DNA of 64,000 nucleotides from Burkholderiales bacterium (lineage in GTDB: Bacteria; Pseudomonadota; Gammaproteobacteria; Burkholderiales; SG8-41), in assembly GCA_964203275.1 (NCBI GenBank), contig CAXNMF010000014.1, forward strand, positions 37,828 through 101,827. The letters run 5' to 3'. Each line of letters opens with the position of its first letter. The first letter of the stretch is position 1. Positions 8,605 through 18,468 of this stretch are shown here, one piece after another. The position numbers and the translations under genes were made by a program. Under the pieces are notes generated by a model. That model worked only from the letters and a program-made list of their open reading frames with translations, was not told where the DNA came from and searched no databases.

Positions 8605-10296
8605 ATGAGTGCAAAAAAAATGCGTTGCGGAGTGGCTGCAGTCGAGACACTGCGCGCAGCCGGCGTGACCAAGGTCTTCGGTCTGATGGGGTCAAGCACG
8701 CTGGAGATGTATGACGCCTTGTATGACGCGAAGGACATCGAATACATCGGCGTGCGCCATGAGAACTGCGGCATGCACATGGCCGATGCCTATGGCCGCG
8801 TGACGCAGACGCCGGGCGTGTTCATCTGTGGCCAGGCCGGCCCTGGTTCGGCGAACATGGTGTTGGGGCTGGCGCAGGCCAAGTTTGCGTACTCGCCGGT
8901 CGTCGCGATCACCGGTCTGGCATCGACCGAACATCTGGGGCGCGACGCGTTCCAGGAGATTGATCAGAACACATTGTTCCTGCCGGTGACCAAACGCGTG
9001 ATGACGGTGCCGCGTCCGGAGCGAATCCCGGAATTCATTCTGGAGGCATTCCGCGTAGCGCCAACTCGGGGCCGCCGTGGCCCGGTGGTGGTGAATATCC
9101 CGCGCGACCTGTTCAATCACGACATCGATGTGCACATGCCGATGCACCCGCCGGCAACCAGCCGCCCGCCGGCTGCTGATCCTGCCGCGCTGGCTGAAAT
9201 CAGCAAAATGATTCTCGCGGCAAAGAAGCCGGTGTTCCATGCCGGCGCCGGCATCAAGTGGGCGCGTGCCAGTGCGAAGCTCGCTGCACTTGCCGAGAAA
9301 CTGCAGATTCCGGTGACCAGTTCCGCCGGTCATGCCGACATCCTGCCGATGGATTTTCCGCTGCATGCCGGCGGGGTTGGTCCGCGCGGCAATCCGGTGG
9401 CGAGTGATCTGACCCGCGAAGCCGATCTGATCATTGCGCTGGGCACGCGCCTCGGCTTCAACACGACGTTCTACAAGTACACCGATATCGCAACCGGTGC
9501 GAAGATCATCCAGATCGACGTTGATCCCGCGGCGCTGGGGCGTTATTTCCCGACGGCGTTGGCGGTGACCGCGGATGCCGGTTCGGTCATTGATGGTCTG
9601 ACCGCGCTGATGGCGCCGATAGCAGCCGACAAGGCACCTTGGCGCACGCGTAACGAGCAGTATCTGAAAGCCCGCGCCGCGTTGTGGGCGGAACGTGAAG
9701 CTTCCGGCTCACGCACGCAGACGCCGCTGCATCCGGACGTGATCTACTCGGAACTGCGCAAGGCTGCGCCGCGCAATTCGATATTCACACTGGACGCCGG
9801 CACGACAGGATTTCAGGCAACAGACCAGCTGCCCTGTTACCAGGCGCCGGCGCTGCTGACGCCGCTGGATTGCGGCATGGTCGGCTTCTCGTATTCGGCC
9901 GCCATCGGCGCAAAAGTCGCTGCACCAGACCGCGCGGTGATTTCGCTGATGGGTGACGGTGGCTTCGGCATGACCATGGGCGAGATGACCACCGCGGTGA
10001 TGAGCAACATCCCGGCGATCGGCATCGTCATGGATAACGGCACCTGGGGTTCGGAAATCGCCTATCAACGCGATTTCTACGCCGGGCGTTATATCGGCGC
10101 GCATGTGCACAGCCCGCGCTTTGATGAAGTGATGAAACTCACGGGCGGTAACGGTTATCACCCGACGGCAGCCGGCGAAACCGCCGATGCACTGCGTGAT
10201 GCACTGAAAGCCGGAAAACCGGCGATCATCCACGTCAAGGTTGATCCCGAAGCAACAATCAGTTTCCGCAAGGACGCACTGCAGAAACGCGCCTGA
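8605..10296 (+). CDS. Thiamine-pyrophosphate-dependent enzyme (acetolactate synthase superfamily, Xsc-like)
   Basis: RHE, GPG and FQEIDQ motifs, GDGGFGM...N TPP-binding motif, GGAGGAG RBS. Confidence 0.88.
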   Translation: MSAKKMRCGVAAVETLRAAGVTKVFGLMGSSTLEMYDALYDAKDIEYIGVRHENCGMHMADAYGRVTQTPGVFICGQAGPGSANMVLGLAQAKFAYSPVVAITGLASTEHLGRDAFQEIDQNTLFLPVTKRVMTVPRPERIPEFILEAFRVAPTRGRRGPVVVNIPRDLFNHDIDVHMPMHPPATSRPPAADPAALAEISKMILAAKKPVFHAGAGIKWARASAKLAALAEKLQIPVTSSAGHADILPMDFPLHAGGVGPRGNPVASDLTREADLIIALGTRLGFNTTFYKYTDIATGAKIIQIDVDPAALGRYFPTALAVTADAGSVIDGLTALMAPIAADKAPWRTRNEQYLKARAALWAEREASGSRTQTPLHPDVIYSELRKAAPRNSIFTLDAGTTGFQATDQLPCYQAPALLTPLDCGMVGFSYSAAIGAKVAAPDRAVISLMGDGGFGMTMGEMTTAVMSNIPAIGIVMDNGTWGSEIAYQRDFYAGRYIGAHVHSPRFDEVMKLTGGNGYHPTAAGETADALRDALKAGKPAIIHVKVDPEATISFRKDALQKRA

Positions 10297-10318
10297 GACG
10301 AATGCACCGGAGACCGCG

Positions 10319-10951
10319 ATGATCCTGCAGATTACTCCGGTGCATGTGATGGATTTTCTCGGCGTTGCCGTGTTTGCCGTCAGCGGCGTGCTGGCTGCCG
10401 GGCGCAAACATCTCGACTGGTTCGGCATGCTGGTGATCGCCATGGTCACCGCCGTCGGTGGCGGCACGCTGCGCGATCTGCTGATCGACCGGCCGGTGTT
10501 CTGGCTGATCCATACCGGTTACCTGTGGGTGATCATTGCGGCGACGCTGCTGACGATGGTGATTGTCCGTGTCCGTGACATTCCGATGCGTGCGTTGTTG
10601 ATCGCCGATGCGCTGGGGCTCGCCTTGTTTGCGATCAGCGGCGCGCGGATTGCCGAGGCCGCGGGTTATGGCGGCATCGTCGCGGTGATTCTCGGCACCA
10701 TGACGGGGGTGGCCGGCGGGGTGGTGCGCGACATGCTGCTCGCTGAAATCCCGCTGCTGCTGCGCGACGGCGAAATCTATGCGACAGCTGCACTGCTCGG
10801 CATTGTTGTTTATCTGGGTCTGCAGACGCTGGGATTGGAACGTACAACCGCCGCTTACTTCGGCATGGCGGTCATCGTGGCGCTGCGGTTCACCGGCATA
10901 TTCCTTGGTCTGAAAATGCCTGTGCTGCGGTTGGGCGAGCCGCCGAAGTAG
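10319..10951 (+). CDS. Trimeric intracellular cation channel (TRIC/YadS/UPF0126) family membrane protein
   Basis: FAVSG, TAVGGGTLRD, DALGL.LF, GVAGG..RD.L..EIP and EIYA motifs. Confidence 0.9.
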   Translation: MILQITPVHVMDFLGVAVFAVSGVLAAGRKHLDWFGMLVIAMVTAVGGGTLRDLLIDRPVFWLIHTGYLWVIIAATLLTMVIVRVRDIPMRALLIADALGLALFAISGARIAEAAGYGGIVAVILGTMTGVAGGVVRDMLLAEIPLLLRDGEIYATAALLGIVVYLGLQTLGLERTTAAYFGMAVIVALRFTGIFLGLKMPVLRLGEPPK

Positions 10952-10974
10952 GTAACAATCAAATTCAGAACCTT

Positions 10975-11150
10975 TTTACCGCCAAGTCGCCAAGAGCGCC
11001 AAGAAAACCGGAACAAGACCCTGAGCAACACCCGAGGATCAACCCGGTTTTAACAGCACTTTCTGCAAATCCAGTTCTTTTAGTTTTCTGATCTTCTTGG
11101 CGATCTTGGCGTACCCGTCGAGCGGGTATTAAAAAGAATCTTGGCCGTAA
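10975..11150 (+). repeat. 9-bp-periodic inverted-repeat element, family A (CGCCAAG units), copy 1, right arm interrupted
   Basis: Left arm ACCGCCAAGTCGCCAAGAGCGCCAAG. Right arm CTTGGCGATCTTGGCG[insert]TCTTGGCCGTAA. Confidence 0.85.
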
Positions 11151-11168
11151 GACGTGCTTTTGTGTCAA

Positions 11169-11726
11169 TCAATGCAGGTGGCGGTTGCGCGGATGCAGCG
11201 GGATGACGGTCGAACTGCTGCTTCCGGCGGGATCGCTGGCCGGCTTCTCCGGTTTGTGCGCGTCAAACATCCGCTTGACCATCTCGGTGACCTGTTCGAC
11301 TTCGGTTTTGCCGAGGTGACGTGCAAGCATGTGGTCGAGATCTTCAACGACACACTGGCGGCGGAATTCATGGATCGCTTCCGGCGTCGGGCCGACAAAG
11401 AACTGATAGAACTCGTCTTCGCCGCTGTCCGGGTAATAGGTGACTTCGACTTCGGAGGCGTATTCGGTCAGCGGGCCGAGGCTGTTGCAGGCTTCGGTGA
11501 GTTTGTTATGGAAGCTGCGGCCGACTTCACCGGTCCAGCAGAAGCTGACCACGCGTTCACCGGCTTCGTAAACGATACCCGGTTCATCGCGCTCAAGACT
11601 TTTTGCATCGGCCAGATGGTCGGCATCCACGTAATCGAGCCAGGGGCGCAGAGCGAGTTCAACCTGCGCCAGGCGTACGCCTTTGCATAGGAATACGCTG
11701 CCGTGGACATGCACTTCGGTTTTCAT
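11169..11726 (-). CDS. Conserved hypothetical protein (DUF6806-like)
   Basis: EVHVHG, EPGI, CWT, EVTYY and FVGPTP.AI motifs recalled from this betaproteobacterial family. Confidence 0.75.
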   Translation of the reverse strand: MKTEVHVHGSVFLCKGVRLAQVELALRPWLDYVDADHLADAKSLERDEPGIVYEAGERVVSFCWTGEVGRSFHNKLTEACNSLGPLTEYASEVEVTYYPDSGEDEFYQFFVGPTPEAIHEFRRQCVVEDLDHMLARHLGKTEVEQVTEMVKRMFDAHKPEKPASDPAGSSSSTVIPLHPRNRHLH

Positions 11727-11816
11727 TACGCGGGACTCCGATGCGGGTGCTGGGGCAGGCGATGGTTGCCTGCGAGGGGCGCCAAGGATAACACACTTGG
11801 CCGGGGTGTTATAAAA

Positions 11817-11839
11817 TAATCAATAAAATCAATTATTTA
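11817..11839 (+). promoter_or_regulatory. IHF-consensus site with 5' A-tract
   Basis: TAATCAATAA-AATCAATTATTTA. Core matches WATCAANNNNTTR. Confidence 0.6.
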
Positions 11840-12768
11840 TACAACTTCTTGATTAGCCCCAGCGTATTCAATTGCGCACCCAGCGTCGCCTCTTCCTGAT
11901 CGAGAAAGCTCCGGAGTGCTTCACCATCCATCCAGGTGTTGCCCCAGTACTGGTCGGTGAGTACGGCAGCCCATTCCGGCGACGCCGTTGCGCTGCGCAG
12001 CACCTGCTGCCAGTACGCGGTTTGCGCCGGTGTGATGTCTGCGGCGCCAATGACGCCGCGCCAGGTGCCGATGACACAATCCACGCCGAGTTCTTTCCAG
12101 GTCGGCGTGTCTGAAAAAGGTCCGGACAGGCGTTGCGGCGACGAGACCGCAATCGCGCGCAAACGGCCATCGGCCAGCGCTCGTGCGGCGCTGACCGCCG
12201 TGATCGCACCTACTTCGGCGCGTTGCGCAATCACGTCATCGACGGCGTACAGCGCGGAATCAAAGACGTTGATGTGCAGCGCATCGATGCGGCCACCGGC
12301 GTGGCGGGTGACCTGCGCGAGTGCCATGTGATTGGTATTGCCGAGTGCGGTGGCCAGCGCAATGCGGCAACCTGCCGTGTCGGCGGCGATGCGCTGCATG
12401 AAGTCATGGCCATTGCGGATCGGCGAATCCGCGCGCACCACGAATGCGATGTATTCCGTGTAGAGATTCGCCAGGGGTGTCAGCGCGCCATGATCGAAAT
12501 CGCTGACGCCGAGATGGCGGTTGGTGATGATTGTCGGTGAGTTGATCGCCAGCACATGCGGATTGCCGTGTTGTGTGCGCAGGTAATCCCAGCCGTTGCC
12601 TCCGCCTTTGCCGGGAATGTTGGTCAGCCGGATGGTGTGGCCGATTAGTTTGCCGGCCTCAAGGCGGGAGATCAGCGCACGGGCCGGGCGGTCCTGACCG
12701 CCGCCGGCCGGTGTGCCGGCGATCAGCTCAATGTCGTGTACGGGGCACCAGCTGGCACCAGTGTTCAT
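11833..12768 (-). CDS. TctC-like substrate-binding protein lacking an obvious signal peptide
   Basis: TPAGGGQD, NIPGKGGG, VVRADSP, PTWKELG and WRGV motifs. Start overlaps the upstream MFS stop. Confidence 0.82.
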   Translation of the reverse strand: MNTGASWCPVHDIELIAGTPAGGGQDRPARALISRLEAGKLIGHTIRLTNIPGKGGGNGWDYLRTQHGNPHVLAINSPTIITNRHLGVSDFDHGALTPLANLYTEYIAFVVRADSPIRNGHDFMQRIAADTAGCRIALATALGNTNHMALAQVTRHAGGRIDALHINVFDSALYAVDDVIAQRAEVGAITAVSAARALADGRLRAIAVSSPQRLSGPFSDTPTWKELGVDCVIGTWRGVIGAADITPAQTAYWQQVLRSATASPEWAAVLTDQYWGNTWMDGEALRSFLDQEEATLGAQLNTLGLIKKLYK

Positions 12769-14048
12769 GCGCCGGCAGCTTGCGGGTTGCCGGTCTTCGG
12801 TATGAACAGCACCAGCAGGTTGGCGGCAATGATGGTGCCGGCGAGGAAATAAAAGGCCGTGTACACACTCCAGGTGTCGGCGATGATGCCGAAGGTCGCC
12901 GGCGCGATGCTGCCGCCGATGGCGAGGATGGTGAACTGCAGGCCGACCCCCGTGCCGGCAAGCCGCTTGGGCGTGTTCTCCACCGCCCAGGCCTGCATCA
13001 CCGGGCGCATCGCGTACAGGAAGAATCCGACCAGCGCGACGAACACGATGAACAAAAAGGATTGGCCGGCGAAGACCATGCCGATGATGGTGACGCCGGT
13101 CAGGATCATGCTTGACAGCACGACCTGGCGCCGGCCGACCTTGTCCGAAACATGCCCGGCAATCGGTCCCGCGATCAGGCCGGCGACCTGCAGCACCGTC
13201 ATGCAAACGCCGATGGCAATCGTCGAATAACCCTGTTCGTACGCCAGGTACACCGGCAGGAACACCATCAGTCCGACCTGTGTCAGTGTACGGAACCCGC
13301 CGCTGATGCAGATCAGCATCAGCGTGCGGTCGCGCATCAGCGTGCCCAGATCATGCAGGTACTGTCGTGCGCTCCACTTGCTGTCATTACCGGCGTTGAC
13401 CGCGTCCTTTTTAATTTCATTATTACTTTCATTTTTGTCTTTTCCGCTGTCCGCTGCGCGGTTGGTGGCCAGTGCGCCGACCAGCACCAGTATCAGCGTC
13501 GCCATCACCAGCCCCGGCACGATGTTGATCACCACCACTTCGCGCCAGCTGAACCAGGCCAGCAGTGTGCCGGCCGCCAGCGGCGCCAGCGCTTCGCCGA
13601 TGTTGCCGCCCATGCCGTGGAAAGACAGCACCAGGCCCTTGCGTTGCGGGTACTGATGGGCCAGCGTCGGAATCGCTGCCGGATGCCACAGATTGTTGCC
13701 GATGCCGACCAGCATCACGCAGACCACCAGCATCCACATGCTGTTAGTCAGGCTCATCAGCGCGTAGGGAAAGCCGACCCAGAACAGCGAGGCGGCCATC
13801 AGGTAACCCTTTTTGCCGATGGCATCGACAATCATGCCGCCCGGCAGGTTGGAGATTGCGCCGGCGATGTGCTGCGCACTCATCAGAAAACCGATTTGCG
13901 TATAGGAGAGGCCGAGCTCTTTTCCGATCAGCGGCAGCAGTACGTAAAACGTTGCCGGATACCAATGGGTGAGGCCGTGGCCGGCGGAAATCAGCCAGAC
14001 ATCACGGAAGGGGCGCGTGGGCAAAGCGTCGGCGGCAGCGGTGCTCAT
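12765..14048 (-). CDS. MFS transporter (Fsr-like)
   Basis: GH..TH, WHP.A, GGNIG and GHVSDKVGRR motifs, about 12 TMs. Confidence 0.9.
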   Translation of the reverse strand: MSTAAADALPTRPFRDVWLISAGHGLTHWYPATFYVLLPLIGKELGLSYTQIGFLMSAQHIAGAISNLPGGMIVDAIGKKGYLMAASLFWVGFPYALMSLTNSMWMLVVCVMLVGIGNNLWHPAAIPTLAHQYPQRKGLVLSFHGMGGNIGEALAPLAAGTLLAWFSWREVVVINIVPGLVMATLILVLVGALATNRAADSGKDKNESNNEIKKDAVNAGNDSKWSARQYLHDLGTLMRDRTLMLICISGGFRTLTQVGLMVFLPVYLAYEQGYSTIAIGVCMTVLQVAGLIAGPIAGHVSDKVGRRQVVLSSMILTGVTIIGMVFAGQSFLFIVFVALVGFFLYAMRPVMQAWAVENTPKRLAGTGVGLQFTILAIGGSIAPATFGIIADTWSVYTAFYFLAGTIIAANLLVLFIPKTGNPQAAGA

Positions 14049-14157
14049 AATATGGTCTCAAGCAGGGATTCAAGCCAGTTTAGCACGCGGCTTTGCGCGT
14101 AAGCCCCGCGTATAATCGGCGCCTCTCCCGCAACACAAAACCTAAATCCGGCCTCTC

Positions 14158-16281
14158 ATGCGTACTGACATCGAACGTTTTTTCAGCCCCAAATCCATCG
14201 CCATCATCGGCGCTTCGCAGGATCTCATCACCATCAGCGGCCAGCCGCTGAAACATCTGCTGAGCCACGGTTACAAGGGCAAGCTGTATCCGATCAATCC
14301 CAAGTATCAGGAGATCGCCGGCGTCAAATGCTGGCCGTCGCTCGATTCGCTGCCGGAAGTGCCGGAACTCGCGCTGATCCTGGTCAATGCGACGCGGGTG
14401 GCGGACATGCTGACGCTTTGCGGCAAGCAGGGCGTGCCTTACGTGATCATTTTCAGTTCCGGATTTTCTGAGACCGGCGGCAGCGGCGTGGCGATGCAGC
14501 AGAAACTTGCTGACATCGCGAAGGAATACGACATCGGCGTCATTGGTCCCAACTGCCAGGGCATGATCAGCCCGCCGGACGCCGTGTATGCCGGTTTCGG
14601 TTCGGTGTTCAACGCCGATTACACCGCAGGCACGGTGAGCATGGTGTCGCAGTCCGGCGGTTTCGGATTTTCGGTGATGAACCTGTCTTCGCTCGACGGC
14701 GGCCTGCCGTTCCGCCAGATGGTGACCACCGGAAATGAAATTGGCGTATCGACGCTGGATTTCATTGACTATTTCATCCGCGATCCCAACACCGACATCA
14801 TCGGCGCCTATATCGAAGGCGTAAAGGATGCGCGGCGCATTCTCGATGTCGGCGACAAGGCGCTCGCCGCCGGTAAACCGATCCTGATGTGGAAGGTCGG
14901 CAACACCGAGCAGGGACAGAAGGCTGCGGCATCACATACTGCGAACCTTGGCGGCGCAATGGCGCTGTACAAAGCCGCGTTCAAACAGAAGGGCATCATC
15001 CAGGTCGATGACATCCAGGATCTGGTTGATTACGGTCATGCGCTGCGCAGCAACCGGCTGCCGCGCGGCAACCGCGTCGCGATCATTACCATCTCCGGCG
15101 GCGCCGGCATCCTGATGACTGATGAGATCGTTGCCGGCGGCATGCAGATGGCGCAACTGGCTCCCGACACCGTGGCCAAGCTGAAAGAGTTTGTGCCTTC
15201 TTTCGGTTCGGTCGGCAATCCGGTGGACGTGACCGCGGCGATTTTTAATGACCTGACACTGATCAATCGCACGCTGCAGGCGATCAACGACGATCCGGGC
15301 GTGGATTGCATTGCGATGATCAACGCCTCGCTGCAAGGCGAGATCGCGCTGAATGTCGCCAACGAGATCGTTGCCGTCGCCGCCAAGACCGACAAGCCGA
15401 TTTTCATTTCGTGGAGCGCGCGCGACGCCGTCGCCCCCGAGGCTTACGCCGTGCTCGATGCGGCGCGCATTCCCCATTACAAGTCGCCGGTGCGTTGCGG
15501 CCGTGCGCTGGCCGCGGTGTCCTGGTACGCCGAAGCCAAGCGCCGCAATGCCGCACAGAAAAATGACAAGGCGCCGGTAATCAGCAAACCGGCGGCGCAG
15601 GCGATGCTCAAGGGTAAAACCGGCGACGTTGCGGAATACGCGGCAAAGCAGGTGCTGGCCGAATACGGCATTTCAGTGACGCAGGAGCAGCTGGCGACCA
15701 GCCGCGATGCAGCAGTCGCTGCCGCGCAGAAAATCGGATTCCCGGTGGCGATGAAAGTGCAGTCGTCCGATATCTCGCACAAGACCGAAGCCAAGGCGGT
15801 GTGTCTGGGTGTGGCGGATGCCGCGGGTGTTGCCGCGGCCTACGACGAGATCCTCAAAAACGCCAAGGCCTACAAGGCCGATGCGCGCATTGAAGGCGTG
15901 CTGGTGCAGGAGATGGTCGGCGGCGGCATCGAAGCGATCATCGGCATTACCAACGACGCGCTGTTCGGCCCGGCGGTGATGTTCGGCCTCGGCGGCATCT
16001 TCGCCGAAGTGCTGAAGGACGTGTCCTTCCGCCTTGCGCCGATCACCCCGGCGATGGCGCGCGAGATGGTTGAAGAGATCAAGGGATATCCGGTGCTCGC
16101 CGGTGCCCGCGGCAAACCCGCAGCCGATGTGGATGCGCTGGTGGATACGCTGGTGAAGCTGTCGGCACTGGCAGTGGACCTGAAAGACCAGGTCGCCGAA
16201 CTCGACATCAATCCGCTGATCGTCATGCCCAAGGGTAAAGGCGTCAAAGCTGCGGATGCGTTGATTAGAATGAAGAGCTAA
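14158..16281 (+). CDS. ADP-forming acyl-CoA synthetase (acetate--CoA ligase family)
   Basis: PKSIAIIGAS, IGPNCQG, SQSGG, ASHTA, NPVD, and ATP-grasp motifs HKTE, FGP.VMFGLGG, ELDINPL. Confidence 0.93.
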   Translation: MRTDIERFFSPKSIAIIGASQDLITISGQPLKHLLSHGYKGKLYPINPKYQEIAGVKCWPSLDSLPEVPELALILVNATRVADMLTLCGKQGVPYVIIFSSGFSETGGSGVAMQQKLADIAKEYDIGVIGPNCQGMISPPDAVYAGFGSVFNADYTAGTVSMVSQSGGFGFSVMNLSSLDGGLPFRQMVTTGNEIGVSTLDFIDYFIRDPNTDIIGAYIEGVKDARRILDVGDKALAAGKPILMWKVGNTEQGQKAAASHTANLGGAMALYKAAFKQKGIIQVDDIQDLVDYGHALRSNRLPRGNRVAIITISGGAGILMTDEIVAGGMQMAQLAPDTVAKLKEFVPSFGSVGNPVDVTAAIFNDLTLINRTLQAINDDPGVDCIAMINASLQGEIALNVANEIVAVAAKTDKPIFISWSARDAVAPEAYAVLDAARIPHYKSPVRCGRALAAVSWYAEAKRRNAAQKNDKAPVISKPAAQAMLKGKTGDVAEYAAKQVLAEYGISVTQEQLATSRDAAVAAAQKIGFPVAMKVQSSDISHKTEAKAVCLGVADAAGVAAAYDEILKNAKAYKADARIEGVLVQEMVGGGIEAIIGITNDALFGPAVMFGLGGIFAEVLKDVSFRLAPITPAMAREMVEEIKGYPVLAGARGKPAADVDALVDTLVKLSALAVDLKDQVAELDINPLIVMPKGKGVKAADALIRMKS

Positions 16282-16292
16282 AGACCAAAGGC

Positions 16293-16408
16293 TTTAGCCA
16301 CAGAGTTCACAGAGTTCACAGAGGACACAGAGTAAAACCGAACTCATGACCAAGCTGTGCCCGGGTTTGATTTTCTCTGTGCTCTCTGTGTCCTCTGTGG
16401 CTGCTTTT
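16293..16408 (+). repeat. 9-bp-periodic inverted-repeat element, family B (CACAGAG units), copy 1
   Basis: Left TTTAGC-CACAGAGTT-CACAGAGTT-CACAGAGGA-CACAGAG. Right CTCTGTG-CTCTCTGTG-TCCTCTGTG-GCT. Confidence 0.88.
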
Positions 16409-16427
16409 CAGATTTTGTTTTGAAGGA

Positions 16428-17570
16428 ATGTTCATGACTGTTTCCGCTGAAGTGCGTCTGCTGTGCGACGAGGTCGCCAAGTTCGTTCGTGAACAGGTGG
16501 ATCCGCGTTCGCGCTGGATCGAGGAAAACGACGCGATACCCGATGACCTGTTTCAACTCGCCCGCGACATGGGCCTGTTCGGACTGACCATTCCCGAGGA
16601 ATACGGCGGCAGCGGTCTGGATCTCGCCGGCAAGTGCGCGATCGAGGAAGTGATGGGGCGCACCAATTACGGTTTCGCCACGCTCATTGGCAATCACACC
16701 GGTATCAGCACGACCGGCATCACGGCCTTGGGCAATGCAGCGCAGAAGCAGAAGTTCCTGCCGAAGATGGCCAGCGGTGAATGGGTTGGCGCGTTTGCGT
16801 TGACCGAGCCGCAGGCCGGTTCCGATCCGGCGTCTATGCGCACGATGGCGGTGAAGAAAGGCGACCGTTATGTGCTGAACGGCGAAAAAATCTACATCAC
16901 CAACGCCGGTCCCGCGCATGTCTTCACGGTGATGGCGATCACCGACAAGTCGAAGGGCATCAAGGGCATTTCGGCGTTTGTTGTCGAGCGGGACACGCCG
17001 GGTTTCAGTGTCGGCAAAAACGAATTGAAGATGGGCATGCACGGCTGCACCACCGCGCCGCTGTCCTTCACCGATTGCGAAGTACCGCCGGAAAATCTGC
17101 TCGGCGCCGAAGGCATGGGTTATGTGCAGGCAATGAAAACGCTGACTGCCGGACGCGTTACGGTTTCGGCGCGCTGCTGCGGCATGATGGACAAGTTGAT
17201 CGACCAGACCGCTGAGTTCATGAAAACGCGAACGCAGGGCGGCAAACGCCTGGCCGATCACCAGGGCCTGCAGTGGATGCTCGCAGACATGGCGGTGGCG
17301 CGCGATGCTGCACGCGGCCTGACTTACCGTGCGATCGACACTCTGATGCGCGGCGAGCGTGGCACGATGGAAGCCTCGACCGCCAAAGTGTTTTCCACCG
17401 AGGCGCTGGGCCGTGTGGTTGATGCTGCGGTGCAGATCCATGGCGGCATGGGTTATATGCGTGAAGTCGGCATTGAAACCACCTTCCGTGACGCGCGCAT
17501 TGTGCGCATTTACGAGGGCACGTCGGAGATCCAGCGCAACATCATCGCCGGGCTGTTGCTCAAAGACTGA
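16428..17570 (+). CDS. Acyl-CoA dehydrogenase
   Basis: PEEYGGSG, FALTEPQAGSD, LNGEKIYITN, QIHGGMGY, RIYEGTSEIQR. Confidence 0.95.
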   Translation: MFMTVSAEVRLLCDEVAKFVREQVDPRSRWIEENDAIPDDLFQLARDMGLFGLTIPEEYGGSGLDLAGKCAIEEVMGRTNYGFATLIGNHTGISTTGITALGNAAQKQKFLPKMASGEWVGAFALTEPQAGSDPASMRTMAVKKGDRYVLNGEKIYITNAGPAHVFTVMAITDKSKGIKGISAFVVERDTPGFSVGKNELKMGMHGCTTAPLSFTDCEVPPENLLGAEGMGYVQAMKTLTAGRVTVSARCCGMMDKLIDQTAEFMKTRTQGGKRLADHQGLQWMLADMAVARDAARGLTYRAIDTLMRGERGTMEASTAKVFSTEALGRVVDAAVQIHGGMGYMREVGIETTFRDARIVRIYEGTSEIQRNIIAGLLLKD

Positions 17571-17602
17571 TTAAATAAGTCAATAAAAACAAGGGGATAT
17601 TG

Positions 17603-18379
17603 ATGGCCAATGTAAAAAACCTGTTTGATCTGTCCGGCCAGGTGGCCATCGTCACCGGTGGTGCCACCGGCATTGGTTTGCAGATGGCGAAGGGACTGGC
17701 CGAAGCCGGCGCCAACATCGTCATCTGCTCGCGGCGTCTCGATGTCTGCGAACAGGCGATTGCTGAAATTGAGAAGATCGGCGTCCAGGGTCTGGCGGTC
17801 GGTTGCGATGTCACCAAGGCTGATCAGGTCGAAGCGCTGAAGGATGCCGTGCTGAAAAAATTCGGCCGCGTCGATATTCTGGTCAACAACGCCGGCCGCG
17901 CCTGGGTGGCGCCGCCCGAAGACACGCCGCTGGAGCGCTGGCAGCAGGTGTTCGACCTCAACATCACCGCGCCCTTCCTCTGTGCGCAGGTCTTCGGCCG
18001 CGAGTTCATCAAACAGAAGCGCGGCAAGATCGTCAACATCGCGTCGATTGCCGGCATGGTCGGTCGCAATCCGGCGGCCTATAACTCGATCGCCTACGGT
18101 TCGAGCAAGGGTGCGCTGGTGAATTTCACGCGTGACCTGGCAGTGAAATGGGCGCAACACAACATCCAGGTCAATTGCATCTGCCCGGGATTTTTTGTGA
18201 CGCCGATCAACGAAAAGATGTACGTGAAAAACAAGGACAACGTCGAGCGCGAGATTCCGCTGAAGCGCACCGGCGGACCGGATGATCTCAAAGGCATTGT
18301 TGTACTGCTTGCTTCCGGGGCATCGAATTTCATGACCGGCGCGATCATTCCTGTCGATGGTGGTGCTGTGGCCTGGTAG
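17603..18379 (+). CDS. Short-chain dehydrogenase/reductase (gluconate 5-dehydrogenase-like)
   Basis: TGGATGIG, NNAG, YGSSK catalytic motif, PVDGG. Confidence 0.92.
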   Translation: MANVKNLFDLSGQVAIVTGGATGIGLQMAKGLAEAGANIVICSRRLDVCEQAIAEIEKIGVQGLAVGCDVTKADQVEALKDAVLKKFGRVDILVNNAGRAWVAPPEDTPLERWQQVFDLNITAPFLCAQVFGREFIKQKRGKIVNIASIAGMVGRNPAAYNSIAYGSSKGALVNFTRDLAVKWAQHNIQVNCICPGFFVTPINEKMYVKNKDNVEREIPLKRTGGPDDLKGIVVLLASGASNFMTGAIIPVDGGAVAW

Positions 18380-18395
18380 AGGCAGAATTTAAGTC

Positions 18396-18422
18396 TCAAT
18401 TTTGTCCTGGGTAAGCCGTAAT
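18396..18422 (+). promoter_or_regulatory. Candidate sigma28 (FliA)-type promoter
   Basis: TCAA-N15-GCCGTAAT, about 46 nt upstream of the GGDEF gene. Confidence 0.45.
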
Positions 18423-18468
18423 AGGGTATGGAAGAGTATTAAACGGCGTTATCTGCTGGGAAAAGCAT

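Noticed and set aside
16293-16408. 9-bp periodic repeats as a CRISPR array or simple VNTR
   Set aside because: Units are 9 bp with no 25-45 bp spacers, the arms are inverted, and there are no cas genes.
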